This document shows, in pieces, positions 28,246 through 35,484 of a stretch of DNA of 64,000 nt. A model generated the notes under the pieces. The model did not search any database. It was not told the origin of the DNA and worked only from the letters and a program-made list of their open reading frames with translations. The translations under genes and the position numbers were made by a program. The stretch is from Alphaproteobacteria bacterium (GTDB lineage Bacteria; Pseudomonadota; Alphaproteobacteria; UBA828): the NCBI GenBank assembly GCA_965200925.1, contig OZ241738.1, positions 332,052 to 396,051 of the forward strand, read 5' to 3'. The first letter of the stretch is position 1, and each line of letters starts with the position of its first letter.

Positions 28246-28435
28246 TCAGAAAATGTGGCCCGCCTGGTGATCCATGTCAACACCTGTATCAACACGGTAA
28301 ATCGATATGGGACGCTCTACAGCGCAGGTGTGACGGGTTTGTATGCGGGAAAATACACTCAATACATTGATATTACGATATGTATGGCGCTTCCGGCGCA
28401 TCCGGTCGCAACACGGCGTAAATTAGCTGGCGAGA

Positions 28436-28480
28436 CTCATAACCTGAAGGTCGCAGGTTCGAATCCTGCCCCCGCAACCA
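28436..28480 (+). other. Partial tRNA, 3' 45 nt only (CAU anticodon loop through T-arm, acceptor and CCA), the probable att core of the integrative element
   Basis: The anticodon loop CTCATAA is followed by stem CCTGA, variable region AGGTC, T-arm GCAGG-TTCGAAT-CCTGC, acceptor CCCCGCA, discriminator A and CCA. Upstream there is no complementary acceptor 5' strand (TGCGGGG) and no anticodon-stem partner, so the gene is not intact. It lies 190 nt from the integrase start. Confidence 0.65.
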
Positions 28481-28483
28481 CTC

Positions 28484-28520
28484 CAAACCCCTGGAAACAT
28501 TGATGTTTCCGGGGGTTTTC
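28484..28520 (+). terminator. Rho-independent terminator immediately after the tRNA fragment
   Basis: The palindrome CCCCTGGAAACAT-TG-ATGTTTCCGGGGG is followed by TTTTCTCGTTTC. Confidence 0.6.
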
Positions 28521-28649
28521 TCGTTTCTGGTATAGCGCTTCTTCCGGTCTGGCAAACGATTGGCAAACATCGGGAATCGAAGTCTGGCGCACCCGGGCGA
28601 ACGACCGGCGTCGTCAGTGGCCAGTTGCTCCCAAGCCATCCCCGACGGC

Positions 28650-28900
28650 ATTTTACCCGCCATCGGGCGATCCGCCGCGCCGATGAACGGTTCGTCGACA
28701 TCCGCGCCCAGGGGCGACGCACTCGTGGGCGCTCCGGTCGGGCTTGCAGACGATCTGAGGGGATGTCCTTGTGTTCGATGCTTCGCAGAGTGCCGCGCCG
28801 TCCGGGAGGCCGGCGAGAGCCTGCCGCGCGGCGTCGGAGATCGCGGCCTCCGGATCGCCCTCGGAGCGCCGGAAACCCAACCCGCCCGGGCCCGGCGCAT
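28650..28900 (-). pseudogene. Degenerate remnant of the DUF2493/SLOG gene
   Basis: The minus-frame sequence GDPEAAISDAARQALAGLPDGAALCEASNTRTSPQIVCKPD parallels GGPGAERIAASWAERNEVHQIVCKPDWD of the intact gene at 18027-18950. The nucleotide string GTCGGGCTTGCAGACGATCTG is shared. Confidence 0.4.
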
Positions 28901-28974
28901 GAGGCCGACCGCTGCGTCGCCGCACCCGGCTTCGTAGAGGGTGTCGAGGACCGCCGCCTCGTCCCCGCCCGCCC

Positions 28975-29622
28975 TCATCCCGCCGAGAGCAAGTCGCGGA
29001 GAAAGGCGGAGAGGTCCGCGAAGGCGTCTGAGTCGAAATCCCATACGCCCTGCAGGGCGCCTTCGCCCACCCGCGCCACGGGGTCGTCCGTGGCAGCGAG
29101 ATAGGCATGGGCGAATGTCTTGTCGCGGTTCCCGGAGCGCGTAACCCCGCGCCCGTCGAGACAGCTCAAGTAGTCTTCGACGCATCCGCTCACGGCGTCC
29201 CCTTCTCGGGAGCGCTTGCACAGGGTTTCGATGGCGCCGGGCGTGCTACCGTCCGGAACGATGAACACGCCGACGGTCGGCTTGGCGTCTGAAAACCCGC
29301 CGTGGGCCGTCGGCGGCTCGTATCCGGCGTCGCAAAGATGGTCGCAGAGGCTCTGGAACGCGCCGCCCGCATTGTCGTCGGCGTCCCGGACTGCGCCGAT
29401 GGCCCGGACACTCCGGGCTTCGGCCGTGATCGCACGCAGATTGTTCGGAAACCTGTCCCTACCTCCCGCGTCGATGACTTGTATCTCCGACCGTCTTTCC
29501 CTGCCAAAGCGACGTCTTATAAGTACATCGAACAGGTTGACTTCGTCGCGGCCTTCCACCAGCAACAGACGATCCTTCTCGATCTTCAGCTTTTGCCTGT
29601 CGCTCCCCACGTCGGCTGTCAT
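28975..29622 (-). CDS. Small TOPRIM/OLD-like protein (DUF4276- or RloB/AriB-like), 215 aa, partner of the upstream ATPase
   Basis: The N-terminus reads KDRLLLVEGRDEVNLFDVLIRR, a toprim-like glutamate motif. An acidic DxD-like cluster follows at AIGAVRDADDNAGGAF. The start ATG overlaps the ATPase stop (TGATGA), indicating translational coupling. GC content is lower than the surroundings. Confidence 0.5.
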   Translation of the reverse strand: MTADVGSDRQKLKIEKDRLLLVEGRDEVNLFDVLIRRRFGRERRSEIQVIDAGGRDRFPNNLRAITAEARSVRAIGAVRDADDNAGGAFQSLCDHLCDAGYEPPTAHGGFSDAKPTVGVFIVPDGSTPGAIETLCKRSREGDAVSGCVEDYLSCLDGRGVTRSGNRDKTFAHAYLAATDDPVARVGEGALQGVWDFDSDAFADLSAFLRDLLSAG

Positions 29623-30677
29623 CACCGGGTCTCCAGGTCGAGATCGCGTACGCCCTCGAGCGTCTCGCCAGTGAAGGTCGTCGCTTCCACCTTCCCCGTC
29701 TTCTCGTTCCTGAACAGCTTGTGGATCGCCAGATCGTTCGGTGCGTCTTCGAACGCGGCCATCGCCGCGTCGATACATTCGGCGCTGTGGGTCGTCGCCA
29801 CCAGTTGCGCATTCCACTGACGCATCCACGTGCGTCCATGCGCCCAAACATCCTTCAGCACGGAATGGTGAAGGCCGTTTTCCACCTCATCCGAAAAAAG
29901 AACTCCGCCGCGTGAAGTAAAAAATCCAAGAAATAACTGACACAATCGAACGACTCCACCTCCGAGATCGTGAAGTGGTAACTGCACGCCATCGTTCGTG
30001 ACGGCCGACAGGTACGGTCCTCCTGTTTCGTCAGTCAAAATCCCCACATCCGCAACTTTAGGAAAGATAAAGTTGATCGCATTTCTGAAATCGTCTTTAT
30101 GGTTTTTCCTTACCATATCCGAATATTTCTGAAGATAGTTTTCGGGTGTTTCGTGTTGAAATTTTGTGCTCAAAATAGTACTGCTTGGTCTCTTCGAATG
30201 AGGCTCGGGCGTGTGAAGCGCCACCGTCCCCCAAGGAGTCGGAAGCATTCCTGTAGCCTTTTGTCCCGCGGGGATTCCATCCAATTCCGTGTGGACCTGT
30301 CCTACCGTGGGTAGCTCAACAAAGCTGTTTTCCGCTGAATTCTCAATCGGTGCCGTCCTGACGTCCGAAACGTCACCGACTTTCTTGAAAGTGGCTTTCA
30401 AATTGTGAAGAGATTCGTTCTCCACTCCCTCCAGTTCCAACACACCGTTCGTCAATTTGGCGATGGGATCCAGTATTGGCCTATTGGAACGCTGCACATT
30501 GGCATTCCATAACAACGAGGTGTTGTATCGTCCGGTGAACAGCCACATCGCCTCAATCACCGCCGTCTTGCCAATCCCGTTGACGCCGGTCACAAGATTG
30601 GCGTTCGCCAGATGGCGGAAGGAAAGTCCATCTATCCCTCGATAGTGGACGGCCTTGAAACTGGTGAAAAAAGTCAT
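29622..30677 (-). CDS. AAA_21/AAA_15-type ABC ATPase (~351 aa)
   Basis: Walker A is LVTGVNGIGKTAVIEAM. The signature-like segment is DLGGGVVRLCQLFL, Walker B with D-loop is VLFSDEVENGLH, and the H-loop is LVATTHS. The start was chosen at MTFFTSFKAVHYRGIDG (30677, with a GGGGA RBS), and an alternative ATG lies at 30710. The region is about 50% GC against about 70% around it. Confidence 0.75.
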   Translation of the reverse strand: MTFFTSFKAVHYRGIDGLSFRHLANANLVTGVNGIGKTAVIEAMWLFTGRYNTSLLWNANVQRSNRPILDPIAKLTNGVLELEGVENESLHNLKATFKKVGDVSDVRTAPIENSAENSFVELPTVGQVHTELDGIPAGQKATGMLPTPWGTVALHTPEPHSKRPSSTILSTKFQHETPENYLQKYSDMVRKNHKDDFRNAINFIFPKVADVGILTDETGGPYLSAVTNDGVQLPLHDLGGGVVRLCQLFLGFFTSRGGVLFSDEVENGLHHSVLKDVWAHGRTWMRQWNAQLVATTHSAECIDAAMAAFEDAPNDLAIHKLFRNEKTGKVEATTFTGETLEGVRDLDLETR

Positions 30678-31498
30678 CTCATGTCCCCACTTCCGGAGTC
30701 GCGTTGCCAAGGGCGTCGAAACCGCGACTCCGTTCCGCGCTGGAGAGTGCCGAGGCTTCGGTTGCGCTCCAGCAACTCCCGCAGTGCCTCTTCATCGGAA
30801 ATGCTCACACCCCAACCGTAGGCGGCGGCGACAGCGGCGTCAAGATTCGTGTGGGCGTCGGTGAGCCATTGGGGGCGGGTGTTGTAGAGGGCAGTCAGGG
30901 TGCGCTTCTTGAGCTCCCTTGCCACCGCTTCGTCGCGAGGGGCGGGGCGTCTGGGGTAGCCGGGGATCGGTTCCTCCAGCCACTCCACCCATTCGGGCGG
31001 GTTGAGCCAGCGGTCGCGGAGGGCGACCAAGCGGCGGGCAGCCTCGGCGCTGGCGCTGGTGCGCGGGTCGTCGGCGTAGGCGGCCGCGGGGATGTCGGGG
31101 GAGAGGCCTTGGGGGAAGGGGAAGGTTTCGAAGGTTGTGGTGGGGGTGTAGCGGGGGCGGTCCTCAAGGCTGGTGCCCAACCGCAATGACCATGCTTCGT
31201 GAAACCGGCTGTGCAGGATGCCGAAGGTCGTGTCGTCGTCGCGGGCGATCACGATCAGCGGGTGATCGGGGCAGACGCGCGAATCGAGCCAGACGAACAG
31301 CCGGTGCTTGGCGACGGTGGGCGTGGCGATGTAGCGGGATGCCACGCCAATCCGCTGGAACATCGTTTGTCCCGAGCGATCGTGCCGCCACCAGTTCCGT
31401 CGCAGATCGTCACGGCGATTGCGATCTCGCACCGGTTTCACATGCTCCAGGACATGAGCGAACGGCGCTTCGTAGAGCGCGGCGTCGGCTTCGCTCAT
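30674..31498 (-). pseudogene. C-terminal fragment (~274 aa) of an MmeI/PglX-type (type IIG RM or BREX) methyltransferase
   Basis: TPTVAKHRLFVWLDSRVCPDHPLIVIARDDDTTFGILHSRFHEAWSLRLGTSLEDRPRYTPTTTFETFPFP matches the conserved C-terminal domain of MmeI/PglX-like enzymes. No methyltransferase or N-terminal domain is upstream, where an integrase fragment sits instead. Confidence 0.55.
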
Positions 31499-31557
31499 CG
31501 TGTGTCCAAAATCAATGATCCACTTGCCGGACGGGCGCCGCGTCACGTCCATGCCGT

Positions 31558-31795
31558 TTATCATCCCTGGCGGCGCATCCGGGCGCGCGCAGGCCTCGAC
31601 GACGTGCGCATCCACGACCTCCGTCACAGCTTTGCCTCCCGCGCCTTGGCGCTCGGCGAGGGCCTGCCCATGATCGGGAAGCTGCTCGGCCACACCCAGT
31701 CCAGACCACCGCCCGCTACGCTCACCTCGCCCGCGATACCGTCAAGACCTCCGCCGCCCGTATCGGCGACAGCATCGAGCACGATATGACAGAGG
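31558..31795 (+). pseudogene. Tyrosine integrase C-terminal fragment (frameshifted)
   Basis: WRRIRARAGLDDVRIHDLRHSFASRALALGEGLPMIGKLLGHTQ is about 90% identical in DNA to 33100-33342. A 1-nt deletion lies before the catalytic Tyr region. Confidence 0.6.
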
Positions 31796-31922
31796 TAGAA
31801 TAACGGGCTCGCGGGATCCGATGAGTCCGTGCGAAACAGGATGTCGCCTGTCAGGACTGTCTCCGCATCACTTGACGTATCTCAATTGAGATTCATATGG
31901 TTGGCAAATGGAGGAATGCCCA

Positions 31923-32216
31923 ATGCCCGCTCAGACATCGATGCTCCATGTCCGCGTGGACAATCAACTCAAGACCAAAGCGGCCGACACGCTGGCTGGC
32001 GTCGGCCTGACGCTCTCGGATGCCGTGCGCATCCTCCTGACCCGTATTGCCGCGGAGGGTGGGTTGCCGACCGGCCTGACCACCGACCCCGAAACCCATG
32101 ACGCGTGGTTCCGCGCCAAGGTACGGGAAGCCCTGGACGATCCGCATCCCACTGCTTCACACGAACAGGTCATGAGCGACGCGCAGGCGCTGATCGACGG
32201 AAAGCGCCGTGCGTGA
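31923..32216 (+). CDS. relB: RelB/DinJ-family antitoxin
   Basis: MLHVRVDNQLKTKAADTLAGVGLTLSDAVRILLTRIAAEG. RBS GGAGGA precedes the start by 7 nt. There is an 8-nt overlap with the toxin gene. Confidence 0.75.
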   Translation: MPAQTSMLHVRVDNQLKTKAADTLAGVGLTLSDAVRILLTRIAAEGGLPTGLTTDPETHDAWFRAKVREALDDPHPTASHEQVMSDAQALIDGKRRA

Positions 32217-32490
32217 TCTTGAATGGAAGACCTTGGCGGTCTCCGATCTGATGGCGATCATCGATTATATTTCGGACGACAATCCCAAGGCCGCCCAAGC
32301 CTTGAAGGAAGATATCGAGAACAAGGTGTCGCGTTTACGGGACAACCCACGACTTTACAGGGTCGGTCGCGTGGACGGCACCCGCGAGATGATCGTGCGT
32401 TCGAACTACCTCGTCGTCTATGCCGAGGTCCCCCACACTGTCACGATACTTCGGGTGCTGCATGCGGCCCAGCAGTGGCCCGAAACATGA
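32209..32490 (+). CDS. relE: RelE/ParE-family toxin
   Basis: WKTLAVSDLMAIIDYISDDNPKAAQALKEDIENKVSRLRDNPRLYRVGRVDGTREMIVRSNYLVVY. Confidence 0.8.
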   Translation: MRDLEWKTLAVSDLMAIIDYISDDNPKAAQALKEDIENKVSRLRDNPRLYRVGRVDGTREMIVRSNYLVVYAEVPHTVTILRVLHAAQQWPET

Positions 32491-32748
32491 CGACGGTCGG
32501 TCGGCCATCTTGACAAATGAACCGAGACCTCTGCAGGCGGCGGGCTTGAACGAGGGACCGATCGCCGGTGGGACGGCGTAGGCCTCTCGTGGACCGCGAC
32601 GGGGACTGTGGCAGCAGCGTTGGCGCTCGCTCCCTATCTCGAGACTATTGCAACCGGCGGGGTCTTTATCGATAGGGAGACAATCGCCGGGCTCGAATCC
32701 GCGGCCATGAACGGCCGGCCTGCAACCGCTTGAAGACGGCGGCTCGCC

Positions 32749-33342
32749 TTGCGTCCGTTTCCTTCCCGACAGCCAAGCCGTCGAGCTCAATCGGCTCGGG
32801 CAGGTCCTCGACGAGATGACGTCGGACGGCTCGGAAACCCGTTCGGCGGTGGTGGCGATCCGACTCCTGGTGCTTACCGGCTGTCGGCTGTCCGAGATCC
32901 AGAAGCTGCGCTGGGAGCGTGTCGACTTCGATGCCGGCGAGTTGCGGCTTCCCGACAGCAAGACCGGAGGACGTGCGGTGCCGCTGGCGCCCTCCGCCGT
33001 GCGGCTCTGGCGGCTCTGCCTCGCGACCCGGATAACCCGTGGGTGATCGCCGGAAGGAAGCCGGGGACCCACCTGACCGACCTGCAACATCCCTGGCGGT
33101 GCATCCGGGCGCGCGCAGGCCTCGACGACATGCGCATCCATGACCTGCGGCACTCCTTCGCCTCCCGCGCCTTGGCGCTCGGCGAGAACCTGCCGATGAT
33201 CGGGAAGCTCCTCGGTCATATCCAGGTCCAGACCCCCGCTCGCTACGCTCACCTCGCCCGCGATACCGTCAAGGCTTCCGCCGCCCGCATCGGCGACAGC
33301 ATTGAGCGCGATCTGGGGGCGGAGGAAACAAGCGCGGTTTGA
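32749..33342 (+). pseudogene. Tyrosine integrase fragment (catalytic domain, frameshifted, N-terminus missing)
   Basis: One frame gives VAIRLLVLTGCRLSEIQKLRWERVDFDAGELRLPDSKTGGRAVPL (32816..33046). A second frame gives PWVIAGRKPGTHL...RIHDLRHSFAS...LLGHIQVQTPARYAHLA (to 33342). Confidence 0.7.
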
Positions 33343-33348
33343 GCGCGC

Positions 33349-33618
33349 TTAACGGTTTCCGGCGTCGAGAACCCGCTGAAGCCGGTCGAGTGCAGCCGCA
33401 TGTTTCCGCCCGCTCATTCGACCGAGATTGACGAGTTTCCATCTGACGGCCGGCAGCCCGGCAACATCGGAGAGATCGATGAGCGACCAGTCCGGATGCC
33501 GGCCCTTTACCGACAACAGGAACGCGCGATCCCCGTCGGTGAGTGCGCCATGAATGTCCGCGATAAGCCGCTCGCGCGCCTCGGTCAGCGCGATCAACGG
33601 AACCGGCTCGCGGGTCAT
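33349..33618 (-). CDS. Hypothetical protein (89 aa), possibly the C-terminal part of the AbiEii-like gene
   Basis: The start overlaps the upstream stop by 4 nt (ATGA). Confidence 0.3.
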   Translation of the reverse strand: MTREPVPLIALTEARERLIADIHGALTDGDRAFLLSVKGRHPDWSLIDLSDVAGLPAVRWKLVNLGRMSGRKHAAALDRLQRVLDAGNR

Positions 33619-34255
33619 ATGCTTGAACTCGCCTTCGTAGAATGCGCGGACGGGCTTGCGCCTCGGGGCCAGTTATGGCCGATCAGATAGACCAGAAAAG
33701 TCATGAACAGGCCCCTGTCGATGCCCTCGTTGTTCAGCAGCTGCGTGATGTCGAACAGATCGCGCGGGTGCTGCCGGTCGAGCGCCGCGCACATCTTGCC
33801 CGCGTAGAGATCGTTGAACGACAGGATCCGGTTCTCGGTGTAGCCCAAGCTTTCTTCGACTTCCGCGACGACGGCCCGCGTTTCCGAAGGCCAGACCGCG
33901 CCGCGCGCGACCGGGGAGACCTCGATCTTGATACGACAGTCGTGCAACTCTAACGTAAGCCGCAACGCATCCGTCGCGGATGGATCCGTGGTCTGCACCC
34001 CGATGCCGGGAATGGCGCCCCTCAAGTCTTTCGCGAGCGTGTCGAGACCCCGGCGTATCGCCGGCAAGGCCTCTGTTGGCGAGGCGAGCGCGGCAAGTAG
34101 GCGAGATCGATGTCCACCGACAGACGGGGCAGATTGCGCAGAAAGAGACTGATCGCGGTGCCGCCCTTCAAGGCGAACTCGTCCCGCCTCGCGACATAGG
34201 GCAGGACCCGGACCACGAGCTCCACTTGGCGGTGGAACGGATTGCGCCTATCCAT
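33615..34255 (-). pseudogene. AbiEii-family nucleotidyltransferase toxin (type IV TA), split by a frameshift near 34022-34067
   Basis: The N-terminus is FALKGGTAISLFLRNLPRLSVDIDLAYLP (NTase GS...DxD). The second ORF carries ...HPRDLFDITQLLNNEGIDRGLF. Confidence 0.55.
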
Positions 34256-35048
34256 GCATCGCTTCCGGCACGGTGATCCCGTACCGGCTCACCAGCCGAC
34301 CGCCCTTGGCTAGAACTCGCTTGCCGCGACCGAGATCGAAGTCGCCCGGTTCCAGACGCTTCGCCCAGGAATGCCCCTGCCGCTCGGCCAACCAGAAAAA
34401 CAGGCGCTTGACCTTGATGCTGCGCGTCCGGCGCAGGAGTGCGTCGAGCCGGCGCGGCGAAAGGTCGGCAAGACTTTCCATCAGTCGCTCCGCGTACTCG
34501 AACGACACTCCCGCCGGCACGTCCTTCAATATCTCGAACAACGCCCGCTCGGCCGTCGAGGTCTGCACCGCCCAGAAGCCGTCGCCCCAAGGAACGTCGA
34601 CCGTCAGGGACGGCGTGAGGCGCCGCGCCTCGTCCCCCGCCGGCCCGTCCGGCCCCGACAGCCATGCCGTGCCATGCCGGTGGAACGTCTCGGCGGTGCC
34701 GAGCCCGTTGATCCACGGCGGCAACGGCCGGGGGCCGTACAGGTGTATCGCGCGTCGCCCAGTCAGAGGCAGATAGTGCGCCCGCCCATGCAACTCCAGC
34801 GCGGTCGTTCCACCGACGACGAGACCACTGCCCATCCGTTGGAGGGAGCAGACGATTCCCTGCCAGACGAGCCGACTCCCCGGGCGTATGTATACGCCGG
34901 CCCGGAGCGGCATGAGCTGGCCGCTCTTGACCAGGTTGTCGACGGCGTGCCGGGCGATGCCGCGCTCCATGAGCCACGGCCGGGTGGCGAGGAGGCCGTA
35001 GGGAACCAACTCCAGCAGTTCGGTGCGTAAGGCGACATTGAGAGGCAT
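34248..35048 (-). CDS. AbiEi-family antitoxin/transcriptional regulator (266 aa)
   Basis: A winged-helix N-terminus (LVKSGQLMPLRAGVYI) precedes a C-terminal domain. The position, orientation and 8-nt overlap with the downstream NTase gene fit AbiEi/AbiEii operons. Confidence 0.6.
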   Translation of the reverse strand: MPLNVALRTELLELVPYGLLATRPWLMERGIARHAVDNLVKSGQLMPLRAGVYIRPGSRLVWQGIVCSLQRMGSGLVVGGTTALELHGRAHYLPLTGRRAIHLYGPRPLPPWINGLGTAETFHRHGTAWLSGPDGPAGDEARRLTPSLTVDVPWGDGFWAVQTSTAERALFEILKDVPAGVSFEYAERLMESLADLSPRRLDALLRRTRSIKVKRLFFWLAERQGHSWAKRLEPGDFDLGRGKRVLAKGGRLVSRYGITVPEAMHG

Positions 35049-35174
35049 GGTTCGAGTTCGATCGATTCCGCAGCGATTATCGCCGCAAATACTAATACAA
35101 GGAAACCGTGTGCCGAGCCACCTGGAAGTTTGGTCAATATCGATTTTGCGGCGTTGACCGCCGCTGAAACGGGG

Positions 35175-35465
35175 TCACGCAGGCACGGCCGCATGGCCGT
35201 CGCGGGCGAGGCCCGCCTCCACCGTGGGCAGGGCCTGCTCACAGACCCACGCGGCGAGCCGGTTGCGGATCGCTTTCGTCCGGCGCTGCTCCTGGCCGCG
35301 GGTGGGCGGCAGCGCCTCGTCGCCGACGGCGCCCGCGAGATCGGGTGCGGAGGCGCGGATGTCGTAGGTGATGTCGATGTCCTCGGAGAATCGCCGGACG
35401 GTGCGCCACGCTTTCGCCGGCGATGTCCCGCCGATGAGTTCGGAATGCCGCATCGCCGCCCGCAC
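35175..35465 (-). pseudogene. N-terminal fragment of a second AbiEii-like nucleotidyltransferase
   Basis: ELIGGTSPAKAWRTVRRFSEDIDITYD carries the GGT...RFSEDIDI NTase motif. The ORF is only 96 aa. Confidence 0.35.
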
Positions 35466-35484
35466 GGTCGCGGCCGGCGCGCTG

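Noticed and set aside
28390-28480. An intact tRNA-Met gene.
   Set aside because: Only the 3' half folds. No 5' acceptor strand complementary to CCCCGCA is present, and no anticodon-stem partner exists upstream.
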